A stretch of DNA of 64,000 nucleotides from an uncultured Gemmatimonadales bacterium (GCA_963796635.1 CAWCMH010000001.1:198296-262295); one strand, 5' to 3'; numbered from the stretch's first letter, positions 9,774 through 17,841 are shown. The notes: a model not told the origin generated them from the sequence alone. Numbers and translations: made by a program.

Positions 9774-10277
9774 ATGCGCGCGCGAGTGTTCATGCTCGTC
9801 AGTACCGTTCTCGCCGGCAGCGTTTCGGCCGGCGAGGGACAAGTCACCGGAAGCGGCGTTGCCGACACGGTCGCCGTTCATCATTTGCTCGGGTGCTACC
9901 GGCTGCAGATGCAGCCCGATGACTCCACGGAATCACAGACACATGCGTTCGACCAGTGGCCCGCACGCTTTCACCTGACGAGCGTGGCCCAAGGGACCCG
10001 AGGCCCAGGTTCGGGCCACTGCGCGCTGAACCGGATCCATGGGTCATGGCAGATGGGCGGTCAAGGTTCCTCGGCTCGTGGCGTCTGCTGGGGGCCGACA
10101 CGCTCCTGGTCGGTTGGACCGACGGTTACAGCACGTTCGGCCTCCACCTCGGCATGCACAGCGACACGCTGCGCGGAACCGGCGAACTGGGAAGCGACCT
10201 GGTCATCTACTCGGAATCCCCGCCCCGTATGCGATTCGTCGCCGCGAGAATTCCTTGCGACAGCGCCACGAATGGTC
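9774..10277 (+). pseudogene. First cassette ORF, apparently frameshifted and 3'-disrupted by IS481 copy A
   Basis: A signal-peptide-like N-terminus (MRARVFMLVSTVLAGSVSA) lies in frame 0. A protein-like C-terminal part (RFLGSWRLLGADTLLVGWTDGYSTFGLHLG...) lies in frame 2 (ORF 9956..10300). Removing the IS restores ...SATNGHAG + TAA inside the attC R'' box. Confidence 0.4.
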
Positions 10278-11593
10278 GGAGCAGTCGGGGACATCGGTAA
10301 CAGATAGACCGAGGACATAGGTAACACTTCTCAAGTTGGTTTCATGCACCGAGGAGGTGCGTGATGCCGTGGAGAGTGGAGACCCCTATGTCGCAGCGGC
10401 AGGATTTTGTCGAGGCGTTTGCGCGCGAGCACTGGCAGATGACGGAGCTCTGTGCGCGGTTCGGCATCAGTCGAAAGACCGGTCACAAATGGTGGCGGCG
10501 ATTCCAGGTCGAGGGCGCGGCGGGATTCGTAGAGCACTCGCGACGGCCGGTGACGAGCCCGACACTCTTGGATGGGGAGCTCGCGGCGCTGGTTGTGCGC
10601 ACGCGGCAGGCGCATCCGACGTGGGGTCCGCGCAAGCTGCTGGCCTATCTCGCACGGCGGCATCCGCGACGCGACCCATGGCCGGTCGCGAGTACGGTGG
10701 GCGCGCTGCTCAAGCGAGAAGGGCTGGTGCGCGCCCGCCGGCGGCGTCCTGCGCCCGGCCATCCCGGGCGACCGACCACCCCGATGGACGCGCCGAACGC
10801 GCTGTGGACCGTCGATTTCAAGGGACAGTTTCGCTTGGGCACCGGCGCGTACTGCTATCCACTCACCATCGTCGATGGCTACTCGCGCTATTTGCTGGCG
10901 TGTCACGGCTTGCCGTCGACGGCGAGTGTCGGTGCGCGGAGCGTCTTCGAGCGGATCTTCCGGACGTATGGTTTGCCGGATCGCATTCGCAGCGACAACG
11001 GCACCCCCTTTGCGACGTGCGCGCTGGGTCGACTCTCGGCGCTCAGTGTGTGGTGGCTGAAGCTGGGCATCACGCCGGAGCTCATTCAGCCTGCGCACCC
11101 CGAACAGAATGGGCGGCATGAACGGATGCATCGCACGCTGAAGGCGGAAGCGACGCGACCCGCGGCCCAGACGCCCCGTGGTCAGCAACGTCGCTTCGAT
11201 GCCTTTCAGCAGGACTACAACACGGAGCGGCCCCACGAGGCCCTCGGCCAGGAACCGCCGGCGCAGCACTACGTCGCCTCGCCACGCGCGTACCCACGGA
11301 CGATCCGGAGCCCAGAGTACCCGCGCCACTACGAGACCCGGTATGTCTCGACCAACGGCGGCATCCGTTGGCAGCATCGGTGGGTGAACGTGAGCCATGT
11401 CCTGGCGGAGGAGTACGTCGGACTCGATGAGGTCGCCGATGGCATCTGGTCGGTGTATTTCGGCGACCTCTTGCTGGGGCGGCTGGATGAGCGAGATTAT
11501 CGGATGCACGGCGCGCACAATCGGAACCGGATCTAACGCAGGTGTAACCGATGTCCTCGGTCCAACGTGTAACCCATGTCCTCAGTCTGTACC
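10278..11593 (+). mobile_element. IS481-family insertion sequence, copy A (1316 bp)
   Basis: The 1316-bp unit is present three times in the window. Imperfect terminal IRs are GGAGCAGTCGGGGACATCGG... and (reverse complement) GGTACAGACTGAGGACATGG..., each with two GAGGACAT-N-GGTWACAC-like boxes. 3-bp direct repeat GTC at 10275-10277 and 11594-11596. Confidence 0.9.
10361..11536 (+). CDS. IS481-family DDE transposase
   Basis: 391 aa. N-terminal HTH (ELCARFGISRKTGHKWWRRF). rve-type core (WTVDFKG...IVDGYSRY...IRSDNGTPF...HPEQNGRHERMHRTLK). The protein is identical in all three copies. Confidence 0.9.
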   Translation: MMPWRVETPMSQRQDFVEAFAREHWQMTELCARFGISRKTGHKWWRRFQVEGAAGFVEHSRRPVTSPTLLDGELAALVVRTRQAHPTWGPRKLLAYLARRHPRRDPWPVASTVGALLKREGLVRARRRRPAPGHPGRPTTPMDAPNALWTVDFKGQFRLGTGAYCYPLTIVDGYSRYLLACHGLPSTASVGARSVFERIFRTYGLPDRIRSDNGTPFATCALGRLSALSVWWLKLGITPELIQPAHPEQNGRHERMHRTLKAEATRPAAQTPRGQQRRFDAFQQDYNTERPHEALGQEPPAQHYVASPRAYPRTIRSPEYPRHYETRYVSTNGGIRWQHRWVNVSHVLAEEYVGLDEVADGIWSVYFGDLLLGRLDERDYRMHGAHNRNRI

Positions 11594-11601
11594 GTCACGC
11601 T

Positions 11602-11720
11602 GGCTAACCCGCGCTTGCTGCTGGCCGGGTGTAAGCGTGTCGGCGCAGCGCGAGGTAGATTTATCTAAGGACTGCGGCGGCCTCACCTGCCCTCGCAGCA
11701 GAAGCGCAGAGTCGTTAGGT
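11602..11720 (+). repeat. attC-like site 1 (119 bp)
   Basis: R'' GGCTAAC ... R' GTTAGGT. Arms GCGCTT-G-CTGCTG pair with CAGCAG-AAGCGC. IS481 copy A ends 8 nt upstream. Confidence 0.75.
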
Positions 11721-11742
11721 GCACGGACGAACCGAGGACCCG

Positions 11743-12144
11743 ATGACGCGCATCATCACGTTGCCGGCCCTGAAGTCGACGCTCCTGTTCATCATTCTCG
11801 ACCTTGTCGGTGTCGGGATCATCGGCGATGCAGTGGCCAAATGGCTTGGCTTCGACACATCCTTCTTGATGCCGGTCTCGGCGGGGATCTGCATTGGCGC
11901 CGGCTATGCAGCAACGCGGCGTGGTATGTGGGGGGCGACAGCCGGAAGCATGGTGACGAGTGTAGAGATGATCGCGTATCTTGTGACTGGCAATCGTACG
12001 TCGGATATCGTTCCGCAAGATCAAGCGGCGACTATCGCCGTGATGATTGTCTTTGCGGTGTCGCTCGCTGGCGCGACACTTGGCGCGATAGGCGGGTGGG
12101 TCGCGCACCATCGTGTCCGCGTCTCCGCGGCGACCGGCACCTAA
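11743..12144 (+). CDS. Cassette ORF: small multi-pass membrane protein
   Basis: ATG at 11743 lies 23 nt after the R' box. Four hydrophobic segments. The stop TAA (12142-12144) lies inside the next R'' box ACCTAAC. Confidence 0.6.
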   Translation: MTRIITLPALKSTLLFIILDLVGVGIIGDAVAKWLGFDTSFLMPVSAGICIGAGYAATRRGMWGATAGSMVTSVEMIAYLVTGNRTSDIVPQDQAATIAVMIVFAVSLAGATLGAIGGWVAHHRVRVSAATGT

Positions 12145-12228
12145 CTGGCGCTTGCTGCGGACGGCCGCGCAGCAATCGAGTAGCTTCGCTACGGTGCGCG
12201 GCCGCCGCAGAAGCGCCGAGCGTTATAT
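12139..12228 (+). repeat. attC-like site 2 (90 bp)
   Basis: R'' ACCTAAC ... R' GTTATAT. Arms GCGCTT-G-CTGCGG-A-CGGCCGCGC pair with GCGCGGCCG-CCGCAG-AAGCGC. Confidence 0.7.
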
Positions 12229-12248
12229 CGACTAGAACTCGGAGCCAG

Positions 12249-12905
12249 ATGCGAACCACGTTCCTCCTCGGCACTGCACTATTGGGCCTCTCCGGCCGCG
12301 CTGCCGGTCAGCAGTGCAAGCGCACCGCCACCTACGTGACGGCCTTTGTCCTCGATACGATCAGCATCGATCGCCAGTCGTACCAGGCAGACACCATCTC
12401 CGGCGCCCTGCTCGGCAAGGGCGGGCCGCAGCAGTGGAGCCTCATTCGCTATCGTGCGGTGATGGCCCCTGACGGTTTGGTGCGGACGCTGGCGTTATCG
12501 GTGTGGCCTCTCGCCGCCGATAGTGCACTCCCGCCGAGGCAGACGAGCGAGCTGACGTTCGGCCCTCAGACCGTCGTGGCGGTGGTCACCGATGCGCGGC
12601 GAGGCAGTCAGACCCAGGTGGACTCTGTCGCCCCTGGCACCATGCCGTACATGGACAATGCACCCTTCTTTACCGCTTCCATCGTCCGCCGCGGCATCGG
12701 CTTCAAAGCCGACTCGGTCGATATCCCCATGCTTTGGCTCTTCACCCGAGGCACCAAGGAAATCGTCACGATTGTGCGGAAAGGAGGCGACTCGCTCCTC
12801 CTGCGTACGCCGCGCATGCAACTCACTGCGAGAACCTCTGGTGGGCAGCTACTCAGCTCGTGGCGCAACGACAGCGTGGCGATCACACGGTCGGCCTGCA
12901 ACTGA
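12249..12905 (+). CDS. Cassette ORF: secreted hypothetical protein
   Basis: Internal ATG at 12249 of the artefactually long ORF 11397..12905. Signal peptide MRTTFLLGTALLGLSGRAAGQ. Ends 8 nt before the attC. Confidence 0.6.
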   Translation: MRTTFLLGTALLGLSGRAAGQQCKRTATYVTAFVLDTISIDRQSYQADTISGALLGKGGPQQWSLIRYRAVMAPDGLVRTLALSVWPLAADSALPPRQTSELTFGPQTVVAVVTDARRGSQTQVDSVAPGTMPYMDNAPFFTASIVRRGIGFKADSVDIPMLWLFTRGTKEIVTIVRKGGDSLLLRTPRMQLTARTSGGQLLSSWRNDSVAITRSACN

Positions 12906-12913
12906 GTGGGGCG

Positions 12914-13036
12914 GTATAACAAGCGCTTGCTGCTGGCCGGGTGTGCGCGTGGCAGCGCGGCGCGAGGTATGATTTGTTGCTAGGGACTGCGCCGCGCCGC
13001 CACACACCCGGCAGCAGAAGCGCAGGGTCGTTAGAG
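12914..13036 (+). repeat. attC-like site 3 (123 bp)
   Basis: R'' GTATAAC ... R' GTTAGAG. Arms GCGCTT-G-CTGCTG-G-CCGGGTGTG pair with CACACACCCGG-CAGCAG-AAGCGC. Close relative of site 1. Confidence 0.75.
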
Positions 13037-13113
13037 CGACTCCGCCCAACGTGGCGCCCGACCTGCAAGCGAGCATTTCTGCTCCGTAGGACGCCCTGCT
13101 GGGTCGAGGTAAA

Positions 13114-13410
13114 TTGCACGCCATGAGCCCGTCCATCGAGGAAATCCGGGGGAAAGTGGCGGCGCCGATGCGTCGGCACGGCGTCGTACACGCGAGTGTA
13201 TTCGGCTCCGTCGCCCGTGGCGACGCTGGCGCCGGGAGTGACGTGGATTTTCTTGTGGAATTTGAGCGCGGGCGAAGCCTCCTCGATCTCGCCGGTCTCC
13301 GGTCCGACTTGATCGCAGCGCTCGGCCGGGGCGTCGATATCGCCACATCCAATTCGTTGCATCCTCGGCTCCGCGATCGCATCCTGGCGGAGCTCGTGCC
13401 GCTGCTATGA
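13114..13410 (+). CDS. Cassette ORF: nucleotidyltransferase (MNT-type antitoxin)
   Basis: 98 aa. Motif VFGSVARGDAGAGSDVDFLVEF (GS...DxD minimal NTase). ATGA overlap with the downstream DUF86 gene. Confidence 0.8.
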   Translation: MHAMSPSIEEIRGKVAAPMRRHGVVHASVFGSVARGDAGAGSDVDFLVEFERGRSLLDLAGLRSDLIAALGRGVDIATSNSLHPRLRDRILAELVPLL

Positions 13411-13769
13411 GCCGCGGCGTGGCCCTCCTGCTCGGTGAAGTGCTCGAGGCGATTCGCCTCGTGGAGCAATACACGGACGGCCTGTCGTTCGCGGCGTTCT
13501 CGACGAGCATCGAAAAACAGGACGCGGTTGTTCGGCGGCTTGCCGTGATCGGCGAGGCGGTGAAGGGAGTGCCGGAGGAGTTTCGCGCTCGTTATCCCGA
13601 GATTCCGTGGCGTGATATTGCCGGCGCGCGGGACATTCTGATTCACGAATACTTCCGTATCGATCTTGAGCTCGCTTGGGAAATGGCGCGCAGCGACTTG
13701 CCGGCGCTCGCCGCGCGCATCCGCGCCGTAATGCAGGCGGAAGCGTTCGATGAACACGGGGCGCTCTAA
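13407..13769 (+). CDS. Cassette ORF: HEPN/DUF86 (HepT-type toxin)
   Basis: 120 aa. RDILIHEY fits the Rx4HxY HEPN RNase motif. The stop TAA (13767-13769) lies inside R'' CTCTAAC. Confidence 0.8.
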   Translation: MSRGVALLLGEVLEAIRLVEQYTDGLSFAAFSTSIEKQDAVVRRLAVIGEAVKGVPEEFRARYPEIPWRDIAGARDILIHEYFRIDLELAWEMARSDLPALAARIRAVMQAEAFDEHGAL

Positions 13770-13854
13770 CAAGCGCTTGCTGCGGGCGGCCGCGCTGATG
13801 ATGTTGCGCCTTCGGCGCGGACGCGGCCGCCGCAGAAGCGCAGAGTCGTTAGGT
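13764..13854 (+). repeat. attC-like site 4 (91 bp)
   Basis: R'' CTCTAAC ... R' GTTAGGT. Arms GCGCTT-G-CTGCGG-G-CGGCCGCG pair with CGCGGCCG-CCGCAG-AAGCGC, leaving two single-G bulges on the R''/L'' arm. Confidence 0.8.
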
Positions 13855-13903
13855 GGCAAGGGTCGGGATTCCGCGACCGTCCATCAACTGAGAGATCACT
13901 TCT

Positions 13904-14189
13904 ATGGTGCCTGAATCCATACAGCCGATCTATGTCACGGTAATGGGATGGCTGGCGCTTACCTGCGGTATCATCTTGGTCGTTCGGGCGGGAACTCGCT
14001 GGCAGGCCCTGATCGATAAGCCGGCGTTGCGGGTCCAGGAAGCGATCAATGGGGCCAATAGCACGATTATCGGCATCACAGTTGTTGTGCCTGGGTTGCC
14101 ATCGCCCCTACGGATGTTCCTCTTCCTCCTGGTCATCGGAATGAGCGCGACCAGTCTGCTCGTTCGTCGTGCCGCGAACCGTGCGGCCC
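13904..14189 (+). pseudogene. Cassette ORF (small membrane protein) 3'-disrupted by IS481 copy B
   Basis: Two hydrophobic helices. The present tail SSRGHR* is encoded by the IS end. Removing the IS restores ...AANRAARAA + TAA inside R'' GCCTAAC. Confidence 0.6.
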
Positions 14190-15505
14190 GGAGCAGTCGG
14201 GGACATCGGTAACAGATAGACCGAGGACATAGGTAACACTTCTCAAGTTGGTTTCATGCACCGAGGAGGTGCGTGATGCCGTGGAGAGTGGAGACCCCTA
14301 TGTCGCAGCGGCAGGATTTTGTCGAGGCGTTTGCGCGCGAGCACTGGCAGATGACGGAGCTCTGTGCGCGGTTCGGCATCAGTCGAAAGACCGGTCACAA
14401 ATGGTGGCGGCGATTCCAGGTCGAGGGCGCGGCGGGATTCGTAGAGCACTCGCGACGGCCGGTGACGAGCCCGACACTCTTGGATGGGGAGCTCGCGGCG
14501 CTGGTTGTGCGCACGCGGCAGGCGCATCCGACGTGGGGTCCGCGCAAGCTGCTGGCCTATCTCGCACGGCGGCATCCGCGACGCGACCCATGGCCGGTCG
14601 CGAGTACGGTGGGCGCGCTGCTCAAGCGAGAAGGGCTGGTGCGCGCCCGCCGGCGGCGTCCTGCGCCCGGCCATCCCGGGCGACCGACCACCCCGATGGA
14701 CGCGCCGAACGCGCTGTGGACCGTCGATTTCAAGGGACAGTTTCGCTTGGGCACCGGCGCGTACTGCTATCCACTCACCATCGTCGATGGCTACTCGCGC
14801 TATTTGCTGGCGTGTCACGGCTTGCCGTCGACGGCGAGTGTCGGTGCGCGGAGCGTCTTCGAGCGGATCTTCCGGACGTATGGTTTGCCGGATCGCATTC
14901 GCAGCGACAACGGCACCCCCTTTGCGACGTGCGCGCTGGGTCGACTCTCGGCGCTCAGTGTGTGGTGGCTGAAGCTGGGCATCACGCCGGAGCTCATTCA
15001 GCCTGCGCACCCCGAACAGAATGGGCGGCATGAACGGATGCATCGCACGCTGAAGGCGGAAGCGACGCGACCCGCGGCCCAGACGCCCCGTGGTCAGCAA
15101 CGTCGCTTCGATGCCTTTCAGCAGGACTACAACACGGAGCGGCCCCACGAGGCCCTCGGCCAGGAACCGCCGGCGCAGCACTACGTCGCCTCGCCACGCG
15201 CGTACCCACGGACGATCCGGAGCCCAGAGTACCCGCGCCACTACGAGACCCGGTATGTCTCGACCAACGGCGGCATCCGTTGGCAGCATCGGTGGGTGAA
15301 CGTGAGCCATGTCCTGGCGGAGGAGTACGTCGGACTCGATGAGGTCGCCGATGGCATCTGGTCGGTGTATTTCGGCGACCTCTTGCTGGGGCGGCTGGAT
15401 GAGCGAGATTATCGGATGCACGGCGCGCACAATCGGAACCGGATCTAACGCAGGTGTAACCGATGTCCTCGGTCCAACGTGTAACCCATGTCCTCAGTCT
15501 GTACC
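14190..15505 (+). mobile_element. IS481-family insertion sequence, copy B (1316 bp)
   Basis: Identical to copy A throughout the compared ends and transposase. 3-bp direct repeat CCC at 14187-14189 and 15506-15508. Ends 8 nt upstream of R'' GCCTAAC. Confidence 0.9.
14273..15448 (+). CDS. IS481-family DDE transposase
   Basis: 391-aa product identical to that of 10361..11536. Confidence 0.9.
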   Translation: MMPWRVETPMSQRQDFVEAFAREHWQMTELCARFGISRKTGHKWWRRFQVEGAAGFVEHSRRPVTSPTLLDGELAALVVRTRQAHPTWGPRKLLAYLARRHPRRDPWPVASTVGALLKREGLVRARRRRPAPGHPGRPTTPMDAPNALWTVDFKGQFRLGTGAYCYPLTIVDGYSRYLLACHGLPSTASVGARSVFERIFRTYGLPDRIRSDNGTPFATCALGRLSALSVWWLKLGITPELIQPAHPEQNGRHERMHRTLKAEATRPAAQTPRGQQRRFDAFQQDYNTERPHEALGQEPPAQHYVASPRAYPRTIRSPEYPRHYETRYVSTNGGIRWQHRWVNVSHVLAEEYVGLDEVADGIWSVYFGDLLLGRLDERDYRMHGAHNRNRI

Positions 15506-15513
15506 CCCGGGCT

Positions 15514-15630
15514 GCCTAACACGCGCTTGCTGCGGTCGAGGTCAAGCGGTTCGGCCGCCGCGATGTAGTCTTTATGTAAGGACTGCGGCGGCCTCACCTG
15601 GCCTCGCGGCAGAAGCGCACGCCGTTAGGC
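15514..15630 (+). repeat. attC-like site 5 (117 bp)
   Basis: R'' GCCTAAC ... R' GTTAGGC. The left arm GCGCTTGCTGCGG and right arm GCGGCAGAAGCGC match the family consensus. The central part is similar to site 1. Confidence 0.75.
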
Positions 15631-15679
15631 GGCGATGAACAACCGGTCAGGCCGGAACAGTCATCAGGAGTCCGACGGC

Positions 15680-16678
15680 ATGCATACCCTGTCTTTCGCA
15701 CTAACGGTCTTGCTCACCCCGCTGGGATCTCCTGCTCCGACCTGCGTCGGCGCGCCTCACGGACGCGAAGTGCCTGCGGACTTCGTCGCTGATATTCTGT
15801 TCGCTCGCTGGCATCTGAATAACGGTCAGACGCTTCGATTCTATCTCGACACCGGTGGTCCGGTCATTCTGTTTCCGGAGGCGGTGCCTCGGCTCGGCGT
15901 TGACCCTCGGTTGATTGTCAGCGCCCGAGACACAGTGCGTGGTGTGTACGTTCCCGGCACGATCGGTGATACGACCTTTCCGCTGCCGCTCATGATGCTC
16001 CACCCGAATCCAACGTCCTCCGACACCAGCCCCGTCCGCGTCATACCGTCGCGGCGTCAGGACGACCCCCGGTTGCGGGTCGATGGTGGGCTCGGCGCCT
16101 ACTGGTTCGCCGGCCGAGTGTGGACGATCGACTACCCGCACCGCCGCCTGTATTTCGACGGTTCCGATCCGGCCGAGCCTTCGACAATGCGATGCTGGGT
16201 ACCACTGGGGTTTCAGGTTGACTCGGCTGGGCAGCGGATGACGCAGTTTCCGCGGATCACGGCGAGCGTCGCCGGCGAATCCCTCGATTTTCTTGTCGAC
16301 ACCGGGGCATGGGTGACGCTCACCGATAGCGCGTGGCGCGTTATCGGCACAGGCGAGCCGCGCCATCGAGCTGCGAGCTTTATCGACAAGTCGGTCTTCG
16401 ATCGGTGGCACGCTCAGCATCCGAATTGGCAGGTAGTTCGCAATGCCGCCGCGTTCAATGGCTTCATGGACATGATTGAGGTGCCCAGGGTGGAGGTGGG
16501 AGGCCAGCACGTCGGGCCGGTATGGTTTGCCGCGCAGCCCACGTTTCACCAGTTCATGGCGCAGTATATGGACAAGCCTGTCGACGGCGCGCTTGGCGGA
16601 TCAGCGTGGAAGTACGTCACACTTGTGCTCGATTATCCGCGCGCCCGAGCAGCCGTGCTGACTGGAACGTCGCACTGA
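15680..16678 (+). CDS. Cassette ORF: secreted retropepsin/pepsin-like aspartic protease (two DTG motifs)
   Basis: AGGAG lies 10 nt upstream of the ATG at 15680. Signal-like N-terminus. Two Asp-Thr-Gly motifs (FYLDTGGPV and FLVDTGAWV). An alternative start at 15635 lies 4 nt after R'. Confidence 0.6.
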   Translation: MHTLSFALTVLLTPLGSPAPTCVGAPHGREVPADFVADILFARWHLNNGQTLRFYLDTGGPVILFPEAVPRLGVDPRLIVSARDTVRGVYVPGTIGDTTFPLPLMMLHPNPTSSDTSPVRVIPSRRQDDPRLRVDGGLGAYWFAGRVWTIDYPHRRLYFDGSDPAEPSTMRCWVPLGFQVDSAGQRMTQFPRITASVAGESLDFLVDTGAWVTLTDSAWRVIGTGEPRHRAASFIDKSVFDRWHAQHPNWQVVRNAAAFNGFMDMIEVPRVEVGGQHVGPVWFAAQPTFHQFMAQYMDKPVDGALGGSAWKYVTLVLDYPRARAAVLTGTSH

Positions 16679-16682
16679 GCCT

Positions 16683-16774
16683 GCCTAACCCCGCGCTTGC
16701 TGCGGCCGGCTGCGCAGGTGATGTTGCGCCTTCGGCGCTGACGCGGCCGCCGCAGAAGTGCAGAGTCGTTAGCC
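16683..16774 (+). repeat. attC-like site 6 (92 bp)
   Basis: R'' GCCTAAC ... R' GTTAGCC. The central GGTGATGTTGCGCCTTCGG loop is shared with site 4 and the half-site at 20352. Confidence 0.75.
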
Positions 16775-16824
16775 AGACAGCACGCCCTTCTTCGTGATCG
16801 CCTCTCCAAACCCTAGATTAATGA

Positions 16825-17060
16825 ATGCCGACGGTCCTGCGCTCCGGTCCCTACCGGTTCTTCTTCTACTCCGGAGACCGCGACGAACCGGCGCATGTAC
16901 ATTCGCGCGGGATGACTGCTACGCGAAGTTCTGGCTGGCGCCAGTGCGACTTGACGACGGCGGTGGGTTCAGCCGCAAAGAACTGGGCGCCGTCGAAGCT
17001 CTGATCAGCGAGCACGCCGCTGCGCTCCGGGAGGCCTGGAATGACTACTTCCCCGATTGA
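16825..17060 (+). pseudogene. Cassette ORF: DUF4160-family gene with apparent frameshift
   Basis: From ATG 16825 the frame reads MPTVLRSGPYRFFFYSGDRDEPAHVH, then loses frame. The rest (RDDCYAKFWLAPVRL...REAWNDYF) continues in the frame of ORF 16794..17060. Confidence 0.55.
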
Positions 17061-17358
17061 TCTCAAATTGGCCCTGGCGCAGAGCGTCACGGTCACGGAC
17101 GACGCGCTGATCGTCGAACTCGTCGATGGCCGCACACTGTCGGTGCCCGTGGCGTGGTATCCTCGGCTGGCGCACGGTGCGCCGGCGGAACGGGCGAAAT
17201 GGGAGTTCATCGGCCGCGGCCATGGGATCCATTGGCCGGCGCTCGATGAGGATATCAGCGTCGAGGATCTGCTTGCCGGACGACGCTCCGGCGAGAGCCA
17301 CGCGTCGCTGCAGCGATGGCTGGTCGCCCGGAAGCTGAGCAACCGGGGAAATGGTTGA
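17041..17358 (+). CDS. Cassette ORF: DUF2442-family protein (C-terminal tail replaced by IS-derived codons)
   Basis: 105 aa. Pattern DDALIVELVDGRTLSVPVAWYPRLAHG...WEFIGRGHGIHWPALDEDISVEDLL. The last ~7 codons derive from the mini-IS. Removing the IS restores ...ARKLRAT + TAA in R'' ACCTAAC. Confidence 0.7.
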   Translation: MTTSPIDLKLALAQSVTVTDDALIVELVDGRTLSVPVAWYPRLAHGAPAERAKWEFIGRGHGIHWPALDEDISVEDLLAGRRSGESHASLQRWLVARKLSNRGNG

Positions 17359-17749
17359 CACCGTAACCCGGGTACATGGTTGCCTGGAGCAGTTTCTTCG
17401 GCCCCCACAGGGGATGCTGGCGCCGCGTCGTGCAGAGCAACGCGGCGATTGCATCGGGAATGCGATGCGGACAGTGATGCGGGGCGCGGCTCCGATCGGC
17501 GAGCGCCGCCCGTCCGCCTTCCGCCGCCCGATCGAGCCACTTGTAGCCGGACTTTCGGCTGATGCCGTACCGCGCACACAGCTCAGTCATCGAGTAGCGT
17601 CCAGCGCGGACGTCGGCGATGAAGCGTTCTCGTTGTTCCACGGGTGCAGTCTCCAACCACGGCATGGCGAACCTCCGGAAGGTCCGCCAGGGTAGCCGTG
17701 TCAACCATGTTGCCGGTATACTCTGTCAACTATCTACCCGGTTTGTACC
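17336..17749 (-). mobile_element. Internally deleted derivative (~414 bp) of a second, related IS481-family element
   Basis: Retains both IR-like ends: window-left TGAGCAACCGGGGAAATGGTTGACAC...ACATGGTTGCC and right (reverse complement) GGTACAAACCGGGTAGATAGTTGACAG...ACATGGTTGACAC. Retains about 110 N-terminal transposase codons (MPWLETAPVEQRERFIADV...ELCARYGISRKSGYKWL...HPLWGPKKLLQ), homologous but not identical to the full-length copies. Ends 8 nt before R'' ACCTAAC. End positions are accurate to about 2 nt. Confidence 0.7.
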
Positions 17750-17757
17750 TGCGCGCC

Positions 17758-17841
17758 ACCTAACAGGTATCTGCTCCTGGCCGCGCGCGCCATGTCGCGG
17801 CTCCGCCGCACGCGCGGCAGCAGAAACACAATGCGTTCGGC
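17758..17841 (+). repeat. attC-like site 7 (84 bp)
   Basis: R'' ACCTAAC ... R' GTTCGGC. The left arm CTGCTCCTGGCCGCGCG pairs with CGCGCGGCAGCAG. Confidence 0.6.

Noticed and set aside
10331-11518. 395-aa ORFs antisense to the IS481 transposase (also 14243..15430 and 51350..52537), plus several other overlapping ORFs inside the IS copies
   Set aside because: They are Arg/Pro-rich with no domain signature. They are shadow frames of a well-supported DDE transposase gene, as expected in high-GC DNA.
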